From the NCBI GenBank assembly GCA_964521955.1, contig CAZFTX010000005.1:804-64803 (forward strand): 64,000 nt of DNA, read 5' to 3'. Below, in pieces: positions 17,522 to 26,565 of this stretch. Each line of letters starts with the position of its first letter. Positions within the stretch are counted from its first letter, which is position 1. Source of the stretch: an uncultured Candidatus Saccharibacteria bacterium (GTDB taxonomy: Bacteria; Patescibacteriota; Doudnabacteria; UBA920). The notes beneath the pieces are model-generated. The model had not been told where the DNA came from and ran no database searches. It saw only the letters and a program-made list of their open reading frames with translations. Both the position numbers and the translations under genes were made by a program.

Positions 17522-19441
17522 ATGAAATATATAAAAACAGGCCTTTTATTTGGACTTTTTGTAGTAGTTGGTGTTTTAAGTCAAACTGATCAGGCACAAG
17601 CGCAATATTATGGGGGATACGATTATAACTATAACTATTACAATAACTATAATTACGGTAGAACCCCCAGTTTAAGCGTTGTTCGTGAAAACAATTTTGA
17701 CAGTTATAACGTTACGGTTTCAAATGCAGACATTAACTCAAGAGTGGTTTTGTATGCCCGTTTGCAAGGTAGTACTTTATGGTCCACTACAATTGACCCA
17801 ATTGGTTATACTGACCAGTCTGGTTATTTAAGAACGACTGTTTCAAATTTAGGTTTAAATAACAACAATGTAGAATTTAAGATTTCGGTAAATGGTACAG
17901 AGTCAACGGTTGTAAGTTCAGGCAATTACGGTGGGTGTAATTATAATTGCGGAAGCCCAACAGGTTTGTCTTTAAGCCAAAATACTTTAACTCTTGCTGT
18001 TGGTCAGACACAAACAGTTACAATCAATAATAACTATAATTACAACTATAATAATAACTTTTATATTGCTTCCAATTCAAACTCTTCAGTAGTTTCAGCA
18101 AATGTGTCCGGGAGCCAAATAAATTTGTATGGGTTAACAAATGGTAACAGCACAATTTCTGTGTGTGTCAGTGGTAATATTTATTTAAACCAAGGCTGTG
18201 CCACTTTGTATGTTACTGTTTCGGGTGGTGTTGTAGTTGGAAATATTACTTTCAGTCAAAATAATATAAATTTAAGCGTCAATCAAAATACTAACGTAAG
18301 CATTTACCATAGTGTTTTCGGTGATGGTGCGTTTTATATATCTTCAAATTCCAACTATCAAGTTGTAGAAGCAAGTATTTCCGGGAGTACTCTATATTTA
18401 ACCGGTAAGTCGCAAGGTTCTGCTACTTTGAGTGTGTGTAAATATAACACTGTTGCTTGCGGACAACTTTATGTCATGGTCAATAGTAGTGGTAGCGGAA
18501 ATTATGGTTATTTAACTTTTTCACCAAGTAACCCTACTGTTTCAGTAGGTCAGACGCAAACGGTGACAATCTATAATAACAATAACTATTACAATAACAG
18601 CTATTATATTTCTAATAACACCAGCCAAGCAGCCGTCACCGCTTCGGTTTCCGGCAATATTTTGAGCCTTTACGGTTTAAATGCTGGCAATGCTAATATT
18701 ACAGTTTGTCAAACTTCAGGGAATATGAATTGTTCAGTCATTTACGTTACAGTGACAGGCAGTGGACAAGGCTACGGCAGTTTGTATTTTTCAACTACTT
18801 ACTTACCTCAACCGTCAATTGGACAGTATTACAGTCAGCAGTTAGTTGTAAGTGGTGGCAATTCTCCTTATAGCTATACTTTAACCAGTGGTAGTTTGCC
18901 TCCAGGTTTGTATCTTTCAACTTCAGGACAAATATACGGTACACCTCAAAGTAACGTTTTTTCCACTTTCTCAGTCAGGGTTTCAGACATTTACGGACGT
19001 AGTGCTACTCAAACTTTACTTCTAAATCCAATAGGAGGCAGTGGTGTTTTGGGTAGTAGTACATATCGTAACGGACAGTTAATTTCTGAAAATGGTACGG
19101 TCTATATAGTTTATAAAAACACTAAAACCGGATTTATTTCCGCGTATGTATTTAACGGTTTGGGCTATAGTTTCAACCAAGTGGTAAATGTTGGTTATAC
19201 AGGTTTGTTGGACAGTGGTTATACAGTTTCTTCTAAAGACGCTTCTCATCCTTGGGGCGCTTGGATTAAAAGCGGACACACTGTTTACTTTGTCCATGAA
19301 CTTGGACTTATTCCCGTTCCATCTTATGACGTATTTTTAAACAACAATGGTCAGGATAACTTGGTTGTTTCTGCAAATTCTTACGACTTTGTAAGACCAA
19401 TGCTTTCTCCTATGGTGTATAACGATTCTCGACTTAGGTAA
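17522..19441 (+). CDS. secreted surface protein with tandem Ig-like (Big_2-type) modules and Asn/Tyr-rich linkers
   Basis: 639 aa; signal peptide. A module of the form LSQNTLTLAVGQTQTVTINNN...YIASNSNSSVVSANVSGSQINLYGLTNGNSTISVC is repeated four times, with a C-terminal putative-Ig segment SGGNSPYSYTLTSGSLPPGLYLSTSGQIYGTP. Confidence 0.6.
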   Translation: MKYIKTGLLFGLFVVVGVLSQTDQAQAQYYGGYDYNYNYYNNYNYGRTPSLSVVRENNFDSYNVTVSNADINSRVVLYARLQGSTLWSTTIDPIGYTDQSGYLRTTVSNLGLNNNNVEFKISVNGTESTVVSSGNYGGCNYNCGSPTGLSLSQNTLTLAVGQTQTVTINNNYNYNYNNNFYIASNSNSSVVSANVSGSQINLYGLTNGNSTISVCVSGNIYLNQGCATLYVTVSGGVVVGNITFSQNNINLSVNQNTNVSIYHSVFGDGAFYISSNSNYQVVEASISGSTLYLTGKSQGSATLSVCKYNTVACGQLYVMVNSSGSGNYGYLTFSPSNPTVSVGQTQTVTIYNNNNYYNNSYYISNNTSQAAVTASVSGNILSLYGLNAGNANITVCQTSGNMNCSVIYVTVTGSGQGYGSLYFSTTYLPQPSIGQYYSQQLVVSGGNSPYSYTLTSGSLPPGLYLSTSGQIYGTPQSNVFSTFSVRVSDIYGRSATQTLLLNPIGGSGVLGSSTYRNGQLISENGTVYIVYKNTKTGFISAYVFNGLGYSFNQVVNVGYTGLLDSGYTVSSKDASHPWGAWIKSGHTVYFVHELGLIPVPSYDVFLNNNGQDNLVVSANSYDFVRPMLSPMVYNDSRLR

Positions 19442-19630
19442 AACTTAAGCATCACTATTTTTCTGGCCTGGCAGAGCCAGAGCCTAAAAAATAGCTTTGA
19501 CCAATTTTCACTAAGTGACCCCTTCGGGGCTTTGTTAAAATATTCCGGTCTTTCTCACCGTACTAAAGTACGCCTCAAAATATCCTCATATTTTGCCTCG
19601 AACTTGGTTCAATGCTTAAGCTTTACGTGT
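19441..19630 (+). repeat. dispersed structured repeat element, copy B
   Basis: Starts at the stop codon of the surface-protein gene. Hairpins are CTGGC-AGA-GCCAG and CGTACT-AA-AGTACG, with a ~90% identical core to copy A. Confidence 0.6.
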
Positions 19631-19692
19631 TAATGTAAATGAGTTAAAACCCCACCCTGTACAGGGTGGGGCGGGATTGTTAAAATATATAA

Positions 19693-20493
19693 ATGCAAAT
19701 AAAACTGGTTCAGTTAAACATTTGGGCAGGGGAGCTTTTAGACAATTCAACAGCTTGGCTTAAAGAACAAGATCCGGACATTCTGTGTTTACAAGAAGTA
19801 TACAACGAAACCAATGAAAGTTTTCCGGAAAAGTTTCGTCTTCTTTCAAAAGTACAGAAAGAATTAGGAATGCCTTTTGTAAGTTTTGCGCCGGCCATGG
19901 AATATGTAACTTTAGAAGGCAAGTTTGTTCAGGGTAATGCCATACTTTCAAAATTTCCCATCGCTTCTTTTAAGGCGCATTTTTTTGACGTGCCTTTTAA
20001 AGAATTTAAAAAAACTGACAACCCTGAGTATACACCCAGAAACGTACAAGAAGCACAAATAGACTTAAAGGGGAAAGTCTTAAATGTCTTTAATTTACAC
20101 GGTATTTGGGGTAAGCACGGGGACGACACAGAAAGGCGCTTGTCCATGGTAGAAAAGATTTTAATGCTTATGAAAGACAAAACACCAAGTGTTTTGTGTG
20201 GGGATTTTAACGTTAACGAAAGAGTTTTGCTAAATCCGGAAAGTTTTGAAACTGAAGGATATAGGTGGAAAAAGACCCAAGCCATTCAAAATTTAGAAAA
20301 ACATTTGGTTAATGTTTTTAGAGAAGAAAGAACCAGTTCTTTTAATTTATTGCATAAGGCTACCAACACAGGTTACGCTTTCGCGGTGGTGGATATGGTT
20401 TTTGTAAGCCCGGATTTAAAAGTTGTGTCCCACGCATGTCCCGATGTAAATGTCTCGGACCATTTACCCACAGTGGTTATATTTGAAATATAA
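19693..20493 (+). CDS. endonuclease/exonuclease/phosphatase (EEP) family protein
   Basis: 266 aa; DPDILCLQEV near the N-terminus, SDHLP near the C-terminus. Confidence 0.75.
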   Translation: MQIKLVQLNIWAGELLDNSTAWLKEQDPDILCLQEVYNETNESFPEKFRLLSKVQKELGMPFVSFAPAMEYVTLEGKFVQGNAILSKFPIASFKAHFFDVPFKEFKKTDNPEYTPRNVQEAQIDLKGKVLNVFNLHGIWGKHGDDTERRLSMVEKILMLMKDKTPSVLCGDFNVNERVLLNPESFETEGYRWKKTQAIQNLEKHLVNVFREERTSSFNLLHKATNTGYAFAVVDMVFVSPDLKVVSHACPDVNVSDHLPTVVIFEI

Positions 20494-20553
20494 TAAATTC
20501 TTTATAAACAGTATTAGTTTAGGGTACTTAGTATAATTAGAATAAGTTCAATT

Positions 20554-20583
20554 AAAAAAATCCCCAAAAAGGGGATTTTTTTA
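20554..20583. terminator. bidirectional intrinsic terminator
   Basis: A7-UCCCC-AAAAA-GGGGA-U7 between convergent EEP gene and efp. Confidence 0.6.
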
Positions 20584-21141
20584 ATTTGTGGCTCTTTCTA
20601 CGTACTCTCCGGTGCGAGTGTCTATTCTTAAAACATCGCCTTCTTTTATAAACATAGGGACGTCTACAGAAAGTCCGGTTTCCATAATTACAGGTTTGGT
20701 AACGTTACCACCACTGTTGCCTTTGGTGTCAGGTGGGGCTTCTTTAACTTTAAGTTCTACTTTAATTGGGAGTTCAACTGAAACTGGCTTGCCGTTGAAG
20801 CGCACAATTTGGACTTCAAAACTTTCTTTTAAAAACTCTTCCTGGTCTTGGGTAATTTCTTTAGGCATGTCTACGGTTTCAAAAGTTTCCTGGTTCATGA
20901 AGTGGGTGCCGTCCGTGTCTGCATAAAGGAAAGTTGCTTTTTCTTTGGTGACGTCAGCTTCGGTAACTTTTTCACCAAATTTAAAAGAATATTCTATTAC
21001 TTTGCCGGTAATAATGTTTCTTAATTTGGTCTGCATGACTGGTTTTCTTTGAGCGGTACGCATGCGGTTGGACCAAATTATTTGCCAAGGCTCATTGTTG
21101 TACATGAGTATGGTGCCGAGTTTGAGGTCAGAAATATCCAT
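20581..21141 (-). CDS. efp: elongation factor P
   Basis: 186 aa; MDISDLKLGTILMYNNEPWQII...KPVMQTKLRNI with EF-P KOW/OB layout. Confidence 0.9.
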   Translation of the reverse strand: MDISDLKLGTILMYNNEPWQIIWSNRMRTAQRKPVMQTKLRNIITGKVIEYSFKFGEKVTEADVTKEKATFLYADTDGTHFMNQETFETVDMPKEITQDQEEFLKESFEVQIVRFNGKPVSVELPIKVELKVKEAPPDTKGNSGGNVTKPVIMETGLSVDVPMFIKEGDVLRIDTRTGEYVERATN

Positions 21142-21302
21142 AAATTAATTTAATGATTGACCAAAATTGACATGATTGAATGATTTAAATCAATCAAATC
21201 AGTAGCTGCCGAGCAGAACGAATTTACTTCGGCTGCGAGGCAACAAATGAAAGGAAGGTGGGGATTGGGAAGGGGAAACCTTGGTTTCCACTCCCAGGAA
21301 GC

Positions 21303-21542
21303 TTATGCTGCAACAAAAGGTAAAAGTGCCATATGCCTGGCTCTTTTTAAAGAAGCCGTCACCATTCTCTGGTGCTTTGGGCAGGTGCCGGTGCGGTTAT
21401 GGCTTAAGATTTTAGCATGAGGTGACATAAACCTTCTTAGGGTTTGAGTGTCTTTGTAATCAACTGTAGAAAGTTTATTTGAGCAGAAGTAGCACTGTTT
21501 TTTTACTTGAGGTTGGGAGGTGTTGTTATTATTTGGACGCAT
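21303..21542 (-). CDS. rpsR: 30S ribosomal protein S18
   Basis: 79 aa; CYFCSNK...VDYKD...LRRFMSPHAKILSHNRTGTCPKHQRMVTASLKRARHMALLPF. Confidence 0.9.
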   Translation of the reverse strand: MRPNNNNTSQPQVKKQCYFCSNKLSTVDYKDTQTLRRFMSPHAKILSHNRTGTCPKHQRMVTASLKRARHMALLPFVAA

Positions 21543-21660
21543 AAGTTAAATGAACATAAATAATTAAAATTAAGTAAAATTGCACATAAATTGAGGATCC
21601 AAAATTTTATTTAATTCTGGCAATTATGTCAATTTTGTTCAATTCCTTTTTAAACAAAGT

Positions 21661-22164
21661 TTAAAAAGGAATGTCTTCCACGTTAATGTCTTCGCCTTGT
21701 TGAATAGTTGGAAGTTCGTCAACAACTGTGTTTGAAGCTTGGGACATAGAGCCGTTGTCAGAGAAGTTTGAAGCGGCGACAGGTTTAGTGCTTGGGGAAG
21801 TGGCTTGAAAACCGCCTCCGGAGCTACTGCTAGAATTTGAGTCTAGCATAATCATGTTGTCGCAAACTATTTCTGTACGGTTTTTCTTTTGACCGTCTTG
21901 TCCGTCCCAGGTGCGAGTTTGGAGTCTGCCTTCAACATAAACCCTGCGGCCTTTTTTTAGGTATTGAGCTGCAATTTCGGCAAGTTTTCTCCAGAGTACT
22001 ACGTTGTGAAATTCCACTTGTTCTACTTTTTGACCCGTGGCTTGGTTGGTGTAGACGTAGTTGGTGGCTATTCCCAAAGTGCAGACTGCGGCTCCGGCCG
22101 GGGTGTTGCGTAGTTCAGGGTCGCGAGTTAAGCGGCCAATAATCATGACTTTGTTTAAATCCAT
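21661..22164 (-). CDS. ssb: single-stranded DNA-binding protein
   Basis: 167 aa; OB-fold N-terminus MDLNKVMIIGRLTRDPELR, a Ser/Gly-rich linker and an acidic C-terminal DIPF tail. Confidence 0.9.
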   Translation of the reverse strand: MDLNKVMIIGRLTRDPELRNTPAGAAVCTLGIATNYVYTNQATGQKVEQVEFHNVVLWRKLAEIAAQYLKKGRRVYVEGRLQTRTWDGQDGQKKNRTEIVCDNMIMLDSNSSSSSGGGFQATSPSTKPVAASNFSDNGSMSQASNTVVDELPTIQQGEDINVEDIPF

Positions 22165-22240
22165 ATGTTTAAGAAATTTTTAATAATTAATTTCTAATTT
22201 TTAAATAATTTATAAAATTATAAAATTAAAAATTCAAAAA

Positions 22241-22723
22241 TTACTTTGTTAGGTCTTCTGACAAAGCGGCTTCAATTTTTTCTTCTAAAGCTTTTTCGTC
22301 TAACTCAACTACTGGCATGACAGGCTTCTTGTTTTCTGTAGGTTTACTTTCGGTTTTGCCTTCAACACTTTCCGGAATATTGCGTTTGCCCATTTTAGCC
22401 TGAGCAATTTTGTCTTTTTCCATTCTTTCAAAGTGCTCTTCCAGGTTAATTAAAATGTAGCGCACAATGTTCTGATCTTGGGTGCGAATTTTTGCGTCTA
22501 GTGCGTTTACTTTATTAGCCGGAATAGAAAAATTCACCACAACATAGTGACCGTTGCGGGTTTTCTTAATTGGATAGGCTAATTTCTTTTTTCCTAACTG
22601 CTCTTCTTTGACTTCAGTGCCGCCAAAGTCTTCTACGAACTTTAGAATTTGGCTGGTGATGGCTGGTACGTCCGGGTCAGCAATGTGGCTGCCCAAAATG
22701 TACATAAGCTCATATCGTGGCAT
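22241..22723 (-). CDS. rpsF: 30S ribosomal protein S6 (with C-terminal extension)
   Basis: 160 aa; MPRYELMYILGSHIAD...; lies in the conserved rpsF-ssb-rpsR arrangement. Confidence 0.85.
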   Translation of the reverse strand: MPRYELMYILGSHIADPDVPAITSQILKFVEDFGGTEVKEEQLGKKKLAYPIKKTRNGHYVVVNFSIPANKVNALDAKIRTQDQNIVRYILINLEEHFERMEKDKIAQAKMGKRNIPESVEGKTESKPTENKKPVMPVVELDEKALEEKIEAALSEDLTK

Positions 22724-22825
22724 AGAAAGTTTCCCTTTCTATCCCTAAGGCTAAAAGGCTTTAGGGAATATGTTAAAGCTATTAAATTTCCCTTATTTTA
22801 CTACATATTCTTGAATCTGTCACTA

Positions 22826-22854
22826 TTGACTAAATGTAAAATTTTAGGTATAAT
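22826..22854 (+). promoter_or_regulatory. sigma70-like promoter TTGACT-17-TATAAT
   Basis: Near-consensus hexamers with exact 17 nt spacing, ~30 nt upstream of an AAAGGAGGG RBS and the ATG of the 22884 ORF. Confidence 0.55.
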
Positions 22855-22883
22855 ATTCAGTCATCAAAGGAGGGTGACGGACA

Positions 22884-23189
22884 ATGAGTGAAGAAAGGCT
22901 TTTTAGGAATTATCAGGCAAGGCAGCGTGCAAAGGACGAAATGTGGGCAGCTGATCGCGCTGTAAGAGCATGGCGGGATAATCAGGATCCCAGTGGTTTT
23001 TTGGATCTTCGACTTTATCTTGCAACCAAGACGTCTTTCGGAAAGTGGGAGGACTATAGCGTTTCCGGGTGGGGGTGTGTGTTGAGCCCTGCTTTGACCG
23101 CCCAAGAATACGCGGCCATGAAAGCGGCGTGGCTGGAAACGGAGGCCGGGAAGGCTTGCACTTGGAGAATCGAGTCAGATTGGCTATAG
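22884..23189 (+). CDS. hypothetical protein (GC-rich self-contained module)
   Basis: 101 aa Trp/Arg-rich ORF at roughly 55% GC, with its own promoter, SD and terminator. No recognisable family. Confidence 0.5.
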   Translation: MSEERLFRNYQARQRAKDEMWAADRAVRAWRDNQDPSGFLDLRLYLATKTSFGKWEDYSVSGWGCVLSPALTAQEYAAMKAAWLETEAGKACTWRIESDWL

Positions 23190-23314
23190 GCCGCGCTTGC
23201 CGGAACTATCGTGCAGTTGGGCAATAATCGACGAGCTCCGCTGCAGACGACGGGTGCGCCGACGGTTCAAGGAGGGCCGGTCCCAATGAGGCGCGAAGTC
23301 ATCAAAGAATCATA

Positions 23315-23355
23315 GAGCAACGTTCAACCTGGTTTCAGGTGGCGTTGCTCTTTTT
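23315..23355 (+). terminator. intrinsic terminator
   Basis: GAGCAACG...CGUUGCUC hairpin followed by UUUUUC. Confidence 0.5.
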
Positions 23356-23376
23356 CTATGCTAATTTTTTACAGTC

Positions 23377-24459
23377 TTAGTTATTAAACAAAAAGTGAAC
23401 TACATCACCATCGTTGATGATGTATTCTTTGCCTTCAACTCTTAACCAGCCTTTACTTCTTGCGCCGGGGTAGCCGTTTGCTTCCAGGAGTTTGTCCCAA
23501 GAAACTACTTCTGCGCGAATAAAACCTTTTTCAAAGTCTGTATGAATTTTACCTGCCGCCTGGGGAGCTTTGGTACCTTTTTTACAGGTCCATGCTTTAG
23601 ACTCTTTAGGTCCGGCGGTAATAAAAGTAACCAGGCCTAAAGTTTCGTAGGCTTTTTTTATAATTTTATCTAAGCCGGATTCCGGCAGTCCAAGTTCTTT
23701 TAAATATTCCGCTCTTTCTTCGTCTGTCAGTTGTGCAAGTTCGGATTCCAGTTGAGCGTCAATGTTAATTGATAATTTGCTGATTGGCTGATTTTCTGAT
23801 TGGTTGTTAAATTGTTTTGTTGTTAAATCAAACTGGCTATTGGCAACAAAAAGCATGGGTTTAGTTGTGAGTAGCTCAATGTCTTTACTTGCTTCCTTTT
23901 CTTCTTCAGTTAAGCTTACGGTGCTGGCCATTTCACCTTTTTCTAAAACTACTTTGTATTTTTCTAGAACTTGTTTTTTTACAATCATTTCTCTGTCGCC
24001 GGAGCGGGCGTTTCTGGAAACTGTTTCTAAGCGTTTGTCCACGTTTTGTAAGTCTGCTAGTTGGAGTTCTATTGCAATAGTTTCCATATCCCTTTGCGGG
24101 TCAACCGAACCGTTTACGTGAATAATGTCTTTGCTTTCAAAAAACCTTACTACTTCTAAAATAGCATCTACTTCGCGAATATGGCTTAAAAATTTATTAC
24201 CTAAACCTTCACCAGTTGAAGCGCCTTTAACTAAGCCGGCTATGTCTACGAATTCTATAGTAGTAGGCACGACTTTTTCACTATTTTCTAACACAGCTAA
24301 TTTAGCCAGTCTTTCGTCCGGCACAGCCACCACTCCCACGTTGGGGTCAATGGTAGCAAAAGGGTAGTTGGCGGCTTCTACCTGGGATTTAGTTATGGCG
24401 TTAAAGAGTGTGGACTTGCCTACGTTAGGTAGACCTACAATTCCGATTTTGAATGACAT
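23377..24459 (-). CDS. ychF: redox-regulated ATPase YchF/Ola1
   Basis: 360 aa; GIVGLPNVGKSTLFNA P-loop and a C-terminal TGS-like domain. It carries a low-complexity insert (QFNNQSENQPISKLSINIDAQ) encoded by an ATCAG-periodic DNA repeat. Confidence 0.9.
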   Translation of the reverse strand: MSFKIGIVGLPNVGKSTLFNAITKSQVEAANYPFATIDPNVGVVAVPDERLAKLAVLENSEKVVPTTIEFVDIAGLVKGASTGEGLGNKFLSHIREVDAILEVVRFFESKDIIHVNGSVDPQRDMETIAIELQLADLQNVDKRLETVSRNARSGDREMIVKKQVLEKYKVVLEKGEMASTVSLTEEEKEASKDIELLTTKPMLFVANSQFDLTTKQFNNQSENQPISKLSINIDAQLESELAQLTDEERAEYLKELGLPESGLDKIIKKAYETLGLVTFITAGPKESKAWTCKKGTKAPQAAGKIHTDFEKGFIRAEVVSWDKLLEANGYPGARSKGWLRVEGKEYIINDGDVVHFLFNN

Positions 24460-24852
24460 GAGACTACAAGATTAATACACTTAACAATTTACAATTGACT
24501 TTTGACTGTTTATTAACAGTAGGCAGTATACAGGAAAAAGTATGGAGTGGGAACAGGGTTGTTGTCAGGTTGACTAAGCATGAGTTTAGTCGTAGTATTG
24601 GTAATTAGGAGGCAGGCTAAGGCTTGTCGACAATTTGAAAGAGAGGACAGAATCCATGACGAACCTGGCTGATGTAATGATCAGCGGCGCTGTGCGCCAG
24701 AGGTTTTCTTTTCATCTGAGGGAGGTAGGCCGTAATAAGATCTGCGCGGGCTTTCCTGTCCGTGCTCGTCTGAACCGTACCGGCTGTCAGCGCCGACGGC
24801 ACCATCATAAGTGTGATCTCCGGACTCGCCATAACCGGAAGTAGGGGAGCAT

Positions 24853-25059
24853 ATGAACGCTGACAGAGCAAATGCTGCGTCGTTCATGGCGCGGTATCGA
24901 TCCGATCGGATCGATGGTGACGCTGCAAACAATCATCGCCCTGTGACAACACCGGTGACACAGGCCGCCGCTCGGAATGCTTTTCATGATCTCTTCCGAG
25001 AAAGGCCTTCGTTTACGCCTCCCTTGAAAGGGGGGAACGGCAAACCAGCTGGCAAGTAG
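24853..25059 (+). CDS. hypothetical small protein in GC-rich insert (coding status uncertain)
   Basis: 68 aa with AGGGGAG 4 nt upstream and a hairpin terminator at ~25088..25125. Several overlapping ORFs on both strands exist in this 58% GC block, so the frame choice is tentative. Confidence 0.25.
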   Translation: MNADRANAASFMARYRSDRIDGDAANNHRPVTTPVTQAAARNAFHDLFRERPSFTPPLKGGNGKPAGK

Positions 25060-25150
25060 CCCGACATGAGCTTGTGAGGCTCCGAGGGGTAGTAACGCGC
25101 GCGTTGCTGCCCCTTTTTCTATTAACCTAAATTTTGGTATTATTACCTAT

Positions 25151-26518
25151 ATGAATATAGACACAAAGATTTTTAAAGCCTATGACATTCGGGGTATTTA
25201 CCCAACCCAAATAAACGGAGAATTGGTCTACGAAATTGCCCAAGCTTACGCCCATTTTTTAAAGCCTAAAACCGTGGTGGTGGGCAGGGACATGAGGCTT
25301 TCCGGAGAAGAATTTCGTGACCAAATAATTAAAGCTTTAACCGACGCAGGGGTGAATGTTATAGACATTGGCCTGGTTTCAACTGACCAGTTGTATTTTG
25401 CGGCCGCTACTTTAAAAGTAGACGGAGGGATTCAAATTACAGCCAGTCATAACCCAAAAGAATATGCAGGCATGAAAATGGTTAGGGAAAAAGGCATGCC
25501 TATTTCGGGAGACAGTGGAATTTACGAAATTAGAGACATGGTAGTAAGTGGAAAGTCCCGAAGGGGACCCTTTGGGTTCCAAAGTGAAAAGAAAGGGACC
25601 ATAGAAACTAAAGAAATTTATGAAGATTATTACACTTACGTTTTAAAGCATTTTGAATATCAAAATTTTAAACCTTTAACCATAGTTGCTAACACCAACT
25701 TTGGCATGGCTAATCCGGCAGTGGAATATTTGCAAAAGGTTTTGCCTGTAAAGTTTTTAAAAATAGTTAATAACACCATCGACGGTACTTTTCCTAAAGG
25801 CAGGCCGGACCCGCTAGTTTCAGAAAACCGGGGAGAAACAATTGAAGAAATAAAAACTTTAAAGCCGGACTTAGGTGTAGCTTGGGACGCCGACGCTGAC
25901 AGGTGTTTCTTTTTTGACGAACAGGGTAAGTTTGTCACCCCGGCTTACATTAACGCACTTCTTTCTAAGTATTACATAGAGAAATTTTCCGGCGGAAAAG
26001 TTATTCATGACACCAGGGTGGTTAGGGTCATTCAAAAAGCAGTTAAGCAGGCTGGGGGAGAAGCGGTTATGAATAAAGCGGGGCACTCTTTTATTAAAGA
26101 ACGCATGATAAAAGAACAGGCAGTCTTTGGTTCAGAGACTTCCGGACATTATTATTTTAAAGATAATTTTTATTTGGATAACGGACTTTTTCCTTTTTTA
26201 GCAGTGTTGGACATGCTTTCAAAGGAAAATAAAACTTTCAGCGAAGTTTTAAAACCCATGCGTGAGAAGTTTTTTGTTTCAGAAGAAATAAATTTTAAAG
26301 TACAAACAGAAAATATTTTAGAAGAGTTAAAACAAAGCTATAAAGACGCAGAGGTAGACTCAACTGACGGGTATAGTTTTAACTACCCAGATTGGCGGTT
26401 TAACGTGAGAAAGAGTAATACGGAAAATTTACTTAGAATAAATATAGAAGCAGACAGTGAAAAGTTGCTTGAAGAAAAAACTAAAGAAGTAAGTTTGTTA
26501 ATAAAAAAATTAGGCTAG
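25151..26518 (+). CDS. phosphomannomutase/phosphoglucomutase (alpha-D-phosphohexomutase family)
   Basis: 455 aa; KAYDIRGIY N-terminus, TASHNP active-site serine loop, four-domain layout. Confidence 0.85.
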   Translation: MNIDTKIFKAYDIRGIYPTQINGELVYEIAQAYAHFLKPKTVVVGRDMRLSGEEFRDQIIKALTDAGVNVIDIGLVSTDQLYFAAATLKVDGGIQITASHNPKEYAGMKMVREKGMPISGDSGIYEIRDMVVSGKSRRGPFGFQSEKKGTIETKEIYEDYYTYVLKHFEYQNFKPLTIVANTNFGMANPAVEYLQKVLPVKFLKIVNNTIDGTFPKGRPDPLVSENRGETIEEIKTLKPDLGVAWDADADRCFFFDEQGKFVTPAYINALLSKYYIEKFSGGKVIHDTRVVRVIQKAVKQAGGEAVMNKAGHSFIKERMIKEQAVFGSETSGHYYFKDNFYLDNGLFPFLAVLDMLSKENKTFSEVLKPMREKFFVSEEINFKVQTENILEELKQSYKDAEVDSTDGYSFNYPDWRFNVRKSNTENLLRINIEADSEKLLEEKTKEVSLLIKKLG

Positions 26519-26527
26519 AAAAGGCGA

Positions 26528-26563
26528 AACGGACAACCCTGTGCAGGGGTTGTCCGTTTTTTG
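26528..26563 (+). terminator. intrinsic terminator
   Basis: AACGGACAACCCUGUGCAGGGGUUGUCCGUUUUUUGG. Confidence 0.6.
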
Positions 26564-26565
26564 GC

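Noticed and set aside
19649-19672. Hairpin CCCCACCCTGTACAGGGTGGGG upstream of the EEP gene
   Set aside because: A U-run is present only on the minus strand, where no gene ends. It was not called a terminator. It may be a stray palindrome or REP-like sequence.
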